Positions 18,266-29,200 of a stretch of DNA of 64,000 nucleotides are shown here, piece after piece. The notes beneath the pieces are model-generated. The model made no database searches and was not told the DNA's origin. It worked only from the letters and a program-made list of their open reading frames with translations. Position 1 is the first letter of the stretch. Each line of letters starts with the position of its first letter. The stretch lies in assembly GCA_046292385.1 (NCBI GenBank), contig JBKBRF010000006.1, forward strand, positions 1 through 64,000. The letters run 5' to 3'. Position numbers and translations under genes: made by a program. Source of the DNA: Armatimonadota bacterium. GTDB taxonomy: Bacteria; Armatimonadota; SYMT01.

Positions 18266-19408
18266 TTGGCGGCGGGGGAGGGGCGGTTGCGGGTTTCGAT
18301 CTGGTCAGACAGCTTGCGCGTGCGGAGCGACTTCGAAGGCGGTAACGCGACCGACGTGGAGATCGTCGCCGCGGACTACCTGCGCTTCCGGGCCGATCCG
18401 GGCACCAGCCCGGCCCCTCTCTGGTTCTACTTCGCAATCGAGGGGGCCGCGGTTCCCGAGGTCTGGTGCGAGCTGCGGAACGCCGCCGAGTGCCTGGGAC
18501 CCGCGAGCGGCTGGCCGACCGTACGGCCGGTGGTGAGCGCTGGCGACGGACGCTGGGAGCGGGTCGCCGAGACGACCTACGTGGAGAGCCGCGGCTGGTT
18601 CCGCTTCCGTGTGCCGGTGCGGGGTCCGCGCACGCTGGTCGCCTACTCTTATCCCTATACCAGCGCCGACCTGGAGCGCCTGCTGACCGACCTGCCCGCC
18701 CACCTGCAGCGAGAGGAGTTGGCCCGGAGCCGCAGGGGCCGAGCCGTTCCGTACCTGCGTGCGGGGAGCCTCACCGCGCCGGACCAGGTCTGGGTGCTGG
18801 GACGGCAGCACGCGGGGGAAACGCCCGCGTCGTTCGCCGCGGAGGGGCTGCTGCGGGAGATGGCCGGCACCCGCGGGGCGGAGCGTCGCGGCATGGCGGT
18901 CCACCTGGTCCCGCTGCTCGACCTCGACGGCGCCTGCGAGGGAGCCTACGGCAAGGACCAGGCGCCGATCGACTTCAACCGGGACTGGAGCCCGCACCCG
19001 CGGCGTCCGGAGGTCGCGGAGGTGCTCCGCAGGCTGCGCGAGCCGCAGGTGGCCGCCCGAACGCGCCTGGTCCTCGATCTCCACGCGTCCCACCACGGAG
19101 ACACAGCCTGCTACCTCTTCGGCAGCGGCACGGCGGCGGCCGAACCGCTGACTTCCCGGTTCATGGAGGCGCTAGCGGAGGAGTCGCCTCCCGCGATCGG
19201 ACTGCGCTCGAGCGACCTCCGCACCGCGGAGCCGCCTGCCGGCTCCGCGCGGCAGTACCTGGGCGATCTGCTCCGCGTGCCGGTGCTCACGGTGGAGCTG
19301 AGCTACCACCTGGCCCAGAGCGGCTGCTACCTCACCCCGGAGCTGTACCGGGGCTTTGGCGCGGCACTCGCCCGCGCGGCGCTGCGCTCCGTACCGCGGT
19401 CCGCGTGA
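18266..19408 (+). CDS. M14 zinc carboxypeptidase family protein with N-terminal CCP-like domain
   Basis: SDFEGGN, WFYF, YPY, RQHAGE, DFNRDW, DLH and VE. TTG start uncertain. Confidence 0.8.
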   Translation: MAAGEGRLRVSIWSDSLRVRSDFEGGNATDVEIVAADYLRFRADPGTSPAPLWFYFAIEGAAVPEVWCELRNAAECLGPASGWPTVRPVVSAGDGRWERVAETTYVESRGWFRFRVPVRGPRTLVAYSYPYTSADLERLLTDLPAHLQREELARSRRGRAVPYLRAGSLTAPDQVWVLGRQHAGETPASFAAEGLLREMAGTRGAERRGMAVHLVPLLDLDGACEGAYGKDQAPIDFNRDWSPHPRRPEVAEVLRRLREPQVAARTRLVLDLHASHHGDTACYLFGSGTAAAEPLTSRFMEALAEESPPAIGLRSSDLRTAEPPAGSARQYLGDLLRVPVLTVELSYHLAQSGCYLTPELYRGFGAALARAALRSVPRSA

Positions 19409-20338
19409 TCAGGCGTTTTCCGGCCGACCCGTCGGCCAGGTCATGCCCCAGACCGGCACCAGGAGTCCGCGTACCGCCTCGATCAGCTGCCAGTCCGGCG
19501 GCGCCTCCGCCCACTCTACGTTCTTGCGCAGGTTTTCCGGGCTCGCGGTGCCGACCAGCGTGGTCGCGATCTCCGGATTCGCCAGGGAGAACTGAAGCGC
19601 GAGCTGGGAGAGATCGACTCCCTGCTCGTCACAGAACGCCGCGGCACGGCGGCACGCTTCCTTCAGCGGCTCCGGCGCCGGATGCCAGGACGGCGCGCCG
19701 CGCTGGGTGAGCAGCCCCATGGAGAGCGGCGAGGCGCTGATCACGCCGACGCCCTTTTCCTGGAGGAACGGCAGCAGCTCCGCTAGCGCCGTGTCGTTCA
19801 GCGAGTAGCGGCAGTAGGAGAGGATCGTATCGACCTCCGTGCGGGAAAGCACCTCGCGAAAGATCTTGAGCGGGTAGCCGGTGATCCCGATGAAGCGGAC
19901 CTTCCCCTGCTCCTGCACCCGACGCAGGGCCGGCAGCGTCTCCTCCACCACCTGCTCGATCGAGCCGAACTCGATATCGTGGCACTGGATCAGGTCAATC
20001 TGCTCCACCCCCAGCCGCGCCAGGCTTTCGTCGACGCTGCGGGTCACCCGCCGCGCGGAGAAGTCGAAGCGGTCGGCCCCGTAGCGGCCGACCTTCGTCG
20101 CCAGGTAGTAGCTCTCCCGCGGCACGGTGGCAAGCGCCTTCCCCAGCACCGTTTCCGCGCGGGTGAGGCCGTAGTACGGCGAGCAGTCGATGAAGTTGAT
20201 CCCCAGGTCGAGCGCCGTGTGGACGGTGCGGATCCCCTCCGCCTCGTCGATGTCGCGGAAGACGCTGCCGAGCGGCGAGGCGCCGTAGCTAAGCGCGGAG
20301 ACCTGAAGACCGGTATTTCCCAGCGTGCGGTATTCCAT
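19409..20338 (-). CDS. Aldo/keto reductase (L-galactose dehydrogenase-like)
   Basis: MEYRTLGNTGL, FIDCSPYYG, ATKVGRY, QCHDIEF and SPLSMGLL. Confidence 0.9.
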   Translation of the reverse strand: MEYRTLGNTGLQVSALSYGASPLGSVFRDIDEAEGIRTVHTALDLGINFIDCSPYYGLTRAETVLGKALATVPRESYYLATKVGRYGADRFDFSARRVTRSVDESLARLGVEQIDLIQCHDIEFGSIEQVVEETLPALRRVQEQGKVRFIGITGYPLKIFREVLSRTEVDTILSYCRYSLNDTALAELLPFLQEKGVGVISASPLSMGLLTQRGAPSWHPAPEPLKEACRRAAAFCDEQGVDLSQLALQFSLANPEIATTLVGTASPENLRKNVEWAEAPPDWQLIEAVRGLLVPVWGMTWPTGRPENA

Positions 20339-21298
20339 CTACAGTCCCGCCATGAAGTCGTAGATCGCGTCGGGCACTCCGGGGAGCGCTTCGTGGCCGA
20401 AGTCGGGGTAGATCAGCAGCTCCTTCTCGGAGCGGATCTTGTTGTACGCGGCGAACTGGCTGGAAGGCGGGCAGATGGCGTCCATCAGGCCTACTGCCAT
20501 CAGCACCCGCGCCCGGATGCGCGGCGCCAGGTGCTGGTTGTCGATATAGCCGAGCCGCGTGAAGATCTCGGCCTCCCGCTCGTGCCGCGGGTCGAAGTGC
20601 CGGAAGAAGAGGCGGAGCTCCTCGTAGGCGTTGACCGCCAGGTCCATCTCCCAGACGCGCTGGTAATCGCAGAGAAACGGGTAGACCGGCGCCGCGCGGC
20701 GGATGCGCGGCTCCAGGGCGGCACACGCCAGCGTGAGCGCACCGCCCTGCGAGGCGCCGGTGGCGCCCACGCGGTCCGGATCGACCTCCGGCAGCGACAT
20801 CACCACGCGGGCGAGCTGGACCGTATCGAGGTAGATCTGCCGGAAGAGCAGCTTCTCCGGGTCCTCGTCCAGCCCGCGGATGATGTGCCCCCGCAGCGTG
20901 TTGCCGCGCACCCCGCCCACGTCTTCGGAAAGGCCGCCCTGCCCACGGCAGTCGAGCGCCGCCACCGACGTCCCCCGCGCCACGTATCCGAGCTTATCCA
21001 TCCAGTCGCCGCTGCTGCCGGAGTAGCCGTGGAACATCAGCACCGCCGGATGGGGCTCCGCGGCGCCCTTCGGCCGGAGGTACTTGGCGTGCACCCGCGC
21101 ACCGCCCACGCCGGTGAAGTAGAGGTGGAAGCACTCCGCGAACGGAGCTTCAAGCGAATGCGGAACCAGCTCCGGCTCCGGATCGACCCGATCCAGCTCC
21201 GCGAGCGCGCGCTCCCAGTAGCGGTCAAAATCGGCCGGCCGGGGGTTGCGGCCCTGGTAGGTGTAGAGCTGATCGAGCGGAAGATCGATGAGAGGCAT
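20339..21298 (-). CDS. Acetyl xylan esterase / cephalosporin-C deacetylase (CE7)
   Basis: DFDRYW, FHGY, CRGQ, GASQGG, DAICPPSSQFAAYN and YPDFGHE. Confidence 0.92.
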   Translation of the reverse strand: MPLIDLPLDQLYTYQGRNPRPADFDRYWERALAELDRVDPEPELVPHSLEAPFAECFHLYFTGVGGARVHAKYLRPKGAAEPHPAVLMFHGYSGSSGDWMDKLGYVARGTSVAALDCRGQGGLSEDVGGVRGNTLRGHIIRGLDEDPEKLLFRQIYLDTVQLARVVMSLPEVDPDRVGATGASQGGALTLACAALEPRIRRAAPVYPFLCDYQRVWEMDLAVNAYEELRLFFRHFDPRHEREAEIFTRLGYIDNQHLAPRIRARVLMAVGLMDAICPPSSQFAAYNKIRSEKELLIYPDFGHEALPGVPDAIYDFMAGL

Positions 21299-21386
21299 GG
21301 CTGTCCTGTGGGCGGAGTGGGTTCCGCTGGGTTGTTGGCGGTGCGAGGGGCGCATTCCTTGCGTGAGAGCAGGATCGGGCCGCCGG

Positions 21387-21507
21387 GCGGTTGAAACCGC
21401 GGCAACAACAGCACGAAGTCCGCCTCCGCGGACTGAGAGGGCCCGGTTTGGGCGTCCGGAGGACGCGTGGCCGCAGGCCGACGGGCGAGGTAATTCAATG
21501 CCTTGCG
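21387..21507. repeat. Composite REP-like palindromic element, copy 2
   Basis: Same two modules as the copy at 17179. Confidence 0.88.
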
Positions 21508-21723
21508 GCGCCGCAGGCACCTCGCTCCACTACGTGGCTAATCCGTAAACCTTCATTAGCTCCCGAAGATCCCCGGCGCGGAACGGGAACGGCTGACGCC
21601 TCCCGACACCCGCCATGAGAAGGGCGTACCGCCTGCCGCAGCCAACTGTCAGGAACTAGAATCGCGGCGCACGGCGAGGTCCGGGCGGCCGGTAGACGGG
21701 ACGCCGCAGGAGGCGGAGAGACG

Positions 21724-23082
21724 ATGCAGTCGAAGAAGAAAGGCGCGGAGCCGGTCTCCCGGCGCGGGTTCCTCAAGGGCGCCGCGGCGCTGGGCGCGGG
21801 AATCGGCTTCCCGATGGTAATTCCGGCGGCGGCGCTGGGCCGCGACGGCAACGTGGCGCCGAGCAACCGCATCACCCTGGGGGTGATCGGCACGGGGAAC
21901 CAGGGGCTGAACGACATCCGCTCCTTCCTCCGGGACGAGCGCGTGCAGATCGTGGCGCTCTGCGACGTCAACCGGGAGAGCGCCGGCTACTGGAACGGCG
22001 GGGTGGCCGGGCTGGAGCCGGCGCGGCGGGTGGTGGATGAGCATTACAAGTCGAAGAGCTGCCGGACCTTCACCGACTTCCGCGAGTTGATCGCCCGGAA
22101 AGACATCGACGCGGTGGAGGTCTGCACGCCCGACCACTGGCACGCGATCCCGGTGGTGATGGCCGCCGCGGCGAAGAAAGACATCTACTGCCAGAAGCCG
22201 CTCTCGCTCACGGTCGCCGAGGGGCGGGCGATGAGCAACGCGGTACGCAAGCACCAGGTGATCTTCCAGACCGGCAGCCAGCAGCGCTCCGACTCGAACT
22301 TCCGCCGCGCGTGCGAGCTGGTCCGCAACGGCCGCATCGGCGAGGTGCGGACCGTCCGGTGCGGGCTCCCCGGCGGGCGCCCCGACTTCGGCAAGACGGG
22401 CGACCGCAAGAAGCCGGAGCCGGTGCCGGAAGGCTTCGACTACCAGATGTGGCTCGGCCCCGCGCCGGACGCGCCGTACGCTCCCGCGCGCTGCCACGTG
22501 AACTTCCGCTGGATCTACGACTACTCCGGCGGCCAGGTGACCGACTGGGGCGGTCACCATCCGGACTGCGCCCAGTGGGGCCTGGGGACCGACCACACCG
22601 GTCCGCTCCTGATCCGCCGCGCCTCTGCGAAGTTCCCGGAAGACCCGCTCTGGAACACCGCCACCGAGTACTCCTTCGAGGCGCTCTACCCGGGCGGCAT
22701 CCGGCTGATCGTCTCCAGCAAAGAGAAGGGCGGCGTCACCTGGGAAGGCACCGAGGGGTGGGTCTGGGCCGACCGCGGCCGCCACGACGCCTCGTCGAAG
22801 TCGATCCTCGACTCGAAGATCGGCCCGGACGAGGTGCACCTCTACAAGAGCGACGACCACTTCCGGAACTTCATCGACTGCGTGATCAGCCGCAAGGAGC
22901 CGGTCGCGCCGGTCGAGGCGGCCCACCGCTCGATCACGGTCTGCCACCTCGGCAACATCGCCATGCGCCTCGGACGCGAGACGCTGCGCTGGGACGCCGA
23001 GAAGGAAGAGATCATCGACGACGCGGAGGCGTCGAAGATGCTCAGCCGGCCCTACCGCTCCCCCTGGAAGCTGGAGGCCTGA
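21724..23082 (+). CDS. Tat-exported Gfo/Idh/MocA family oxidoreductase
   Basis: SRRGFLK, PSNRITLGVIGTG, TPDHWH, YCQKPL, QTGSQQRS and DWGGHHPD. Confidence 0.92.
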   Translation: MQSKKKGAEPVSRRGFLKGAAALGAGIGFPMVIPAAALGRDGNVAPSNRITLGVIGTGNQGLNDIRSFLRDERVQIVALCDVNRESAGYWNGGVAGLEPARRVVDEHYKSKSCRTFTDFRELIARKDIDAVEVCTPDHWHAIPVVMAAAAKKDIYCQKPLSLTVAEGRAMSNAVRKHQVIFQTGSQQRSDSNFRRACELVRNGRIGEVRTVRCGLPGGRPDFGKTGDRKKPEPVPEGFDYQMWLGPAPDAPYAPARCHVNFRWIYDYSGGQVTDWGGHHPDCAQWGLGTDHTGPLLIRRASAKFPEDPLWNTATEYSFEALYPGGIRLIVSSKEKGGVTWEGTEGWVWADRGRHDASSKSILDSKIGPDEVHLYKSDDHFRNFIDCVISRKEPVAPVEAAHRSITVCHLGNIAMRLGRETLRWDAEKEEIIDDAEASKMLSRPYRSPWKLEA

Positions 23083-23148
23083 TGGCGCGGCGCGGGGGAG
23101 AGCGGTGCCTCTCCCTCGCGCTCTCGCTAAACCGGAGAACCGACCGGG

Positions 23149-23934
23149 ATGAAAGCCGTCCGCAAGCGATCGAACCCGCCGGCGGGCGGCTACATCCGCG
23201 AGGTCCAGTTCGATTGGGACCGCGCGCCGAGAGCGGCCTATCCGTTCGACCTGCCCGCACTCCGGGAGCTCGAGAGCCTGGAGCTTCATCCGGGAGTGAC
23301 CTTCCTGGTCGGGGAGAACGGCTCCGGGAAATCGACGCTCATCGAGGCGATCGCCGTCGCCTGGGGCTTCAATCCGGAAGGCGGGTCCCAGAACTTCCGC
23401 TTTGGCACCCGCGACTCGCATTCTCGCCTGGCGGACTGCCTCACTCTGGTCAAGAGCACCGACCGACCCGGTGACGGCTTCTTTCTCCGGGCGGAGAGCT
23501 TCTTCAACGTCGCCACCGAGATCGAGAACCTCGACCGCGACGGCGTGGGCCCTCGCATCATTGATTCGTACGGCGGCCGGTCGCTGCACGAGCAGTCGCA
23601 CGGGGAATCGTTCCTGGCCCTGCTGGCGAACCGCTTCCGCGGCGGCGCCCTCTATGTACTGGACGAGCCGGAAGCCGCCCTCTCTCCCACGCGTCAGATG
23701 GCTGCCCTCGCCCGCATCCACCAACTGGTGTCACTCGGCTCGCAGTTCATCATCGCGACTCACTCGCCGATCCTGATGGCCTATCCGGGGGCTCTCATCT
23801 ACGAGCTGTCCACCCACGGCACGAGACCGGTGGAGTACACCGAGACGGAGCATTACCTGATCACGCGCCAGTTCCTGGGGAACCCGGAGCGGATGCTCTC
23901 CATCCTGCTCGCTGGGTCCACCCCGGCGGAGTAG
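23149..23934 (+). CDS. AAA/ABC-family ATPase (COG3910-like)
   Basis: GENGSGKST, GFNPEGG, FFLRAESF, SHGESF, LDEPEAALSP and ATHSP. Confidence 0.9.
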   Translation: MKAVRKRSNPPAGGYIREVQFDWDRAPRAAYPFDLPALRELESLELHPGVTFLVGENGSGKSTLIEAIAVAWGFNPEGGSQNFRFGTRDSHSRLADCLTLVKSTDRPGDGFFLRAESFFNVATEIENLDRDGVGPRIIDSYGGRSLHEQSHGESFLALLANRFRGGALYVLDEPEAALSPTRQMAALARIHQLVSLGSQFIIATHSPILMAYPGALIYELSTHGTRPVEYTETEHYLITRQFLGNPERMLSILLAGSTPAE

Positions 23935-23988
23935 GACGCCTACTCCTGATCGGTCGGCCTGCGAGGTAGACGTCGCGAGGAGTCGAGG

Positions 23989-24954
23989 ATGAAGCGGTTC
24001 CGAATTCGCAGGTGTTACCGTCTCATCCTGGCCCTGGCCCTCGTCCTGCTCGTCGCGCTGAGTGGGTCCTGGCTGCTGGGCTCCCAGTTGACCCGGCCGG
24101 TAAACCAGGCGGTCCGCCTGCCGTCCGATTTCCCCGTGAAGTCGGTCTCCATCCCGGGTTCCGGCCATTCGATCGCCGGCTGGTGGCTCGACCAGGGCGA
24201 CCATTCCCCCGTAGTGCTGCTCCTGCACCCGATCCGCTCCAACCGGAGCACGATGCTCTCTCGCGCGAGGCTGCTGGTGCGGCACGGCTTCTCGGTACTC
24301 CTGATCGACCTGCAGGCGCACGGCGAGACGCCGGGCGAGGCAATCACGCTGGGCTGGCGGGAGTCGGCCGACGTGACGGCAGCCGTAGAGTGGCTCCGGC
24401 AGAGGGCGCCGGCCCGGCCGCTCGGGGTGATCGGATGGTCGCTCGGCGGTGCATCGGTGCTCCTGGCACCGCAGCCGGCGCCGTTCGACGCCGTCGTGCT
24501 GGAGGCGGTCTACCCGCGCGTGGACGGGGCCGTCGAGAACCGCCTGCGGATCCGCGTGGGACCGCTGGCGCCTCTCTTCAGCCCGCTCCTGGTGAACCAG
24601 CTGCCGCTTCGGCTCGGGGTTTCGCCAGGCGAGCTGGAACCGATCCGGGCGCTGCCGAAGCTCGGCGCACCAGTGCTGATCGTCGCCGGGTCGCGCGATC
24701 AGCACACCACCCCCGCGGAGTCCGAGGAGCTTTACCGCGCCGCCGCCCCGCCCAAGCGGCTCTGGATGCTGGAAGGCGCTCGCCACGAGGACTTCCTGGG
24801 CTACGACCCTGCAGGCTACGAGCGGAACGTGGTCGGCTTCCTCTCCGAGCACCTGCGCCCGGCCACTCCGAGTAAACCGGCCGTCACCAGATCCGGAGAT
24901 CGCAGCGGACGAGGCGGGGGTCGGATTGGCGGGTCGGGCGGGCGACGGCGCTAA
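23989..24954 (+). CDS. Membrane-anchored alpha/beta hydrolase
   Basis: N-terminal TM, DLQAHGE, GWSLGG, GSRD and ARHED. Confidence 0.85.
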   Translation: MKRFRIRRCYRLILALALVLLVALSGSWLLGSQLTRPVNQAVRLPSDFPVKSVSIPGSGHSIAGWWLDQGDHSPVVLLLHPIRSNRSTMLSRARLLVRHGFSVLLIDLQAHGETPGEAITLGWRESADVTAAVEWLRQRAPARPLGVIGWSLGGASVLLAPQPAPFDAVVLEAVYPRVDGAVENRLRIRVGPLAPLFSPLLVNQLPLRLGVSPGELEPIRALPKLGAPVLIVAGSRDQHTTPAESEELYRAAAPPKRLWMLEGARHEDFLGYDPAGYERNVVGFLSEHLRPATPSKPAVTRSGDRSGRGGGRIGGSGGRRR

Positions 24955-25035
24955 CGTCGCCACTGGTCAGGACGAGCGGGCGGCACTTCGGCGCGGCCGT
25001 TCCCGCCAGCGCAGAAGCGACGCTCGGGCAGACGC

Positions 25036-25941
25036 TTACGCCTCGACCTGACCCAGCCCGGCGGGGGGCCGGGAGCGGCCGAGGAAGCCGGCGAGGGCGA
25101 GGAGCCCCAGGAGGTAGGGGAGGGCGCTCCAGAGCTCGCTGGGGAGCGTGACGCCCAAGACCGGCTGACCCTGGAGCCGGAACTGCAGCGCCTCCGAGAG
25201 GCCGAAGAGGAGCACCGCCGTCACCGCGCCCAGCGGGTGCCAGCGGCCCAGGATCACCGCCGCCAGCGCCAGGAAGCCGCGCCCGGCGGAGAGGTTCTCC
25301 GTGAAGCGGCCGCTGCTGACGAGGCTCAGGTAGGCGCCGCCGACTCCGGCCAGCGCGCCGCCCGCGGCCAGCCAGAGCGCGCGGTAGGCGTTCACCGGAA
25401 TCCCGGCGGCCCGCGCCGCGGCCGGCGCTTCGCCCACGGCGCGGAGCTGGAGGCCGGGTCGAGTGCGGTAGAGGACGAACCAGGCGGCGGCGCAGCAGAG
25501 GACCGCCAGCGGGACGAGAGGGGTCACCCCGCCGAGCAGCAGCCCCAGCACCGGCACGTTCCGCAGCGACGGAAGCCAGGGCGCGGGCCCGCTCACCTGG
25601 ACCCCCACGCCGCCGGAGCTAAAGGCGGAGCGGAGGAGGAAGGTGGTCGCTCCCGCCGCCAGGAGGTTGATCCCGACCCCGGAGATGATGGCGTCGACCC
25701 GCAGCCGGAGCACCAGCAGCGCGTGGAGCAGCCCGAGCAGGGCGCCGCAGAGCGCCGCGGCGGCGACTCCCAGCCAGCCGCACTGGAAGCCGTGGGCCGC
25801 CGCCATCGCGGCGAAAGCCCCGCTAAGGAGCATCCCCTCCAGCGCGATATTGACCACGCCGACCCGCTCCGAAAGCACCCCGCCCAGGGCGGCGAAGGCG
25901 AGCGGAACGGAGAGGCGCAGGGCCGATTCGAGGATCTCCAT
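25036..25941 (-). CDS. ABC transporter permease (nucleoside/CUT2 type)
   Basis: SERVGVVNIALEG, LRAVGE, AGRGFLALAA and LPY. Confidence 0.9.
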   Translation of the reverse strand: MEILESALRLSVPLAFAALGGVLSERVGVVNIALEGMLLSGAFAAMAAAHGFQCGWLGVAAAALCGALLGLLHALLVLRLRVDAIISGVGINLLAAGATTFLLRSAFSSGGVGVQVSGPAPWLPSLRNVPVLGLLLGGVTPLVPLAVLCCAAAWFVLYRTRPGLQLRAVGEAPAAARAAGIPVNAYRALWLAAGGALAGVGGAYLSLVSSGRFTENLSAGRGFLALAAVILGRWHPLGAVTAVLLFGLSEALQFRLQGQPVLGVTLPSELWSALPYLLGLLALAGFLGRSRPPAGLGQVEA

Positions 25942-26295
25942 GGCGGGGGTGGCGTGAGGCGGGGGAGGAGAGGTGCACCCTGAGGATAGCGCAGGCGCCG
26001 CCGCAACGCACATTCAAGGACGGGGGTAGGACTGCCACGCGTAAGCTGGGTTGGGGGTGCCGTGGCTCGTCCAGCGGAGCAGGGCGGCCCGAAAGGGTCT
26101 GCCCGGGGAGAATTCGCGCCCCGGATCCAAGCTTGAGCTCTTCACCTCACGCGGATGCGAGAATGGCCGTTGGCGGCATCCAACTCGCGGATCCAGGGGT
26201 TCGGCTCCCGTCGACCGGGAGGGTCCCTGGTGGTCCGCACGAAACTGTTAGCTGTTCTTGTCCGAATCATTGAACCGGCTGGTCGGGGGTAACGA

Positions 26296-29200
26296 ATGAA
26301 ACGAGTGCTAGGTGTCGCCAGCGTGCTGCTGGCGGCGGCGGGCGTGGTCTCCGCGCAGGACCGGAGCGCCCCGCTGCTGCTGCAGGAGCCGGCAGTCAGC
26401 AAGGACCTGATCTGTTTCGTCTTCGCGGGCGATCTCTGGACCGTTCCCCGCGGCGGCGGCGACGCGCGCCGGCTGACGGTCGGTCCCGGCAGCGAGCGGA
26501 CGCCGCACTTCTCGCCGGACGGCAAGCAGATCGCGTTTACGGGAGAGTACGACGGGAACGTCGACGTCTACGTCGTCCCCGCGGAGGGCGGCGTGCCGCA
26601 GCGCGTGACCTACCATCCGCTGGCGGACCGCCTCGCGGGCTGGCACCCGGACGGCAAGCGCGTGCTCTTCGCCTCCTACCGGCACAGCTACTCCGGCTTC
26701 ACCCGGCTCTTCACCGCACCGGTAGACGGGACTCACGCGGAGGAAGTGCCGCTGCCGATGGCGGAGGAGGGGTCCTACTCCGCGGACGGCAAACACCTGG
26801 CCTACGTGCCGCTCCGCCGCTCGTTCAGCTCCTGGAAGCGGTACCGCGGCGGCACCGCCACCCCGGTCTGGCTGGCGGATCTCTCCGACTCGTCGATCCA
26901 GAAGCTGCCCCGAACCGATTCGAACGACTTCGAGCCGATGTGGGTGGGAGAGAAGGTCTACTTCCTCTCCGACCGCGACGGTCCGGTGACCCTCTACTCG
27001 TACGACACGAAGAGCAAGAAGGTCGCGAAGGCGATCAAGAACGACGGGCTCGACATCAAGTCCGCCTCGGCCGGTCCGGGCGCCATCGCGTACGAGCAGT
27101 TCGGCCGGCTTCACCTCTACGACCTCAAGTCCGGCGACACGAAGCCGGTGGAGGTGCGCCTCACCGGGGACCTGCCGGAGGTGCGGCCGCGCTTCGAAAA
27201 GGTGCGGGACGAGATCCGCGGCTTTAGCATCTCGCCCACCGGCGTCCGCGTGGTGGTGGAAGCCCACGGCGAGATCCTGACGGTCCCGACCGACAAGGGC
27301 GATCCCCGCAACCTGACGGAGACTCCCGGCGCGGCGGAGCGGGATCCAACGTGGTCGCCGGACGGTAAGTGGATCGCCTACTTCTCGGATGAGGGCGGAG
27401 AGTACCAGCTCCACCTGAAGGACCAGACCGGCCGCCGCGAGCTGCGCAAGCTGGCGCTGGATGACGCGCCGAGCTACTTCTATGGGCCTACCTGGTCGCC
27501 GGACAGCAAGAAGCTCGCCTATACCGACCGGCGGCTCAATCTTTGCTACCTCGACATCGAGACCGGAAAGCGCACCAAGGTCGACACGAACACCTACGAC
27601 GACTGGGGGATGATGCAGACCTGGTCGCCGGACAGCAAATGGCTCGCCTACGTGAAGCTGCTGAAGAGCGGAATGGGCGCGGTGTTCGTCCACTCCCTGG
27701 CGGACGGCACCTCCCGGCAGATTACGGACGGCATGAGCGACGCCGCGTTCCCCACGTGGGACCGCGGCGGCAAGTACCTCTACTTCGCCGGCAGCACCGA
27801 CATCGGGCCGACCCTCGGCTTCATCGACATGTCGTCTCGCTTCAACCGGCCGTATACCCGCAGCATCTACGTCGCCGTGCTCCGCAACGACGAGCCGTCG
27901 CCGCTGGCGCCGGAGAGCGACGAGGAGAAGGTGACCGAGACGCCCGCGGAGCCGAAGCCGGGCGCGGAGACCGAGATCGCCGTGCGCAAGGCCGCCGACG
28001 GGGGCGACGGCGCGGTGCGGATCGACTTCGAGAACCTGGACCAGCGTATCCTGGCGCTGCCGATCGTGCCGCGAGCCTACTCCGCCATGCAGGCCGGCAA
28101 GCCGGGCGTGCTCTTCATCGCGGAGAGCGCTCCGGTCGGCGCGGTCGGCGTGAATGGCCGGACCCTGCACCGCTTCGATCTCAAGACGCGCAAGACCGAC
28201 CGCTTCCTGGACGGGATCGTCGGCTTCGAGATCTCCCACAACCGCGAGAAGCTGCTCTACCTCACGCCGGGGGGCGGCCGCGCCGCGGTGGTGAGCACCG
28301 CGCAGCCGCCCTCGCCCGGCGCCGGCACGGTGAACCTGGAGAGCCTGGAGGTGCGGGTCGATCCCCGCGCCGAGTGGCGCCAGATGTACCGCGAAGTGTG
28401 GCGGATCCAGCGGGACTTCTTCTACGATCCGAACCATCACGGGCTCGACCTGAAGGCGACCTCCGCCCGCTACGAGCCGTACCTGGAGAACCTGGCGACC
28501 CGCGCGGACCTGAACTACCTGTTCCGCGAGATGCTGGGTGAGCTGACCGTGGGGCACCTCTACGTCTCCGGCGGCGCCACCCCGGAGGTGCAGCGGGTCC
28601 CCGGCGGGCTGCTGGGGGCGGACTACACGGTCGAGAACGGCCGCTACCGCTTCTCCCGCATCTACGAGGGCGAGAACTGGGACCCGCAGCTCCGCGCGCC
28701 GCTCACCCAGCCGGGCGTGAACGTGAAGGTCGGGGAGTACCTCCTCGCCGTGAACGGACGGGATCTGAGCGGATCGGACAACCTCTACCGTCACTTCGAG
28801 GGCTCCGCCAACAAGCAGGTCTCGCTCCGCGTGGGCCCGAACGCCGACGGCACCGGCTCCCGCGAGGTGACGGTGGTCCCGATCGCGAGCGAGGTGGCGC
28901 TGCGCAACCGGAGCTGGATCGAGTCGAACCGCCGGAAGGTGAACGAGCTGAGCGGCGGCAAGCTCGCCTACATCTACCTGCCGGATACCGGCCTGGGCGG
29001 CTACACCGCCTTCAACAAGTACTTCTTCCCGCAGGCCGATAAGGACGGCGCCGTGGTCGACGAGCGCTTCAACGGCGGCGGCGCCGCGGCGGACTACATC
29101 ATCGACTACCTCCGCCGCCCGCTGCTGAGCGTCTGGTCGTCTCGCTACGGGGAAGACGTCACCACGCCGGGATCCCTGATCCGCGGGCCGAAGGCGATGC

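Noticed and set aside
23149..23934. ATPase as part of an anti-phage system
   Set aside because: No partner nuclease or effector is adjacent. It matches a common stand-alone ATPase family.
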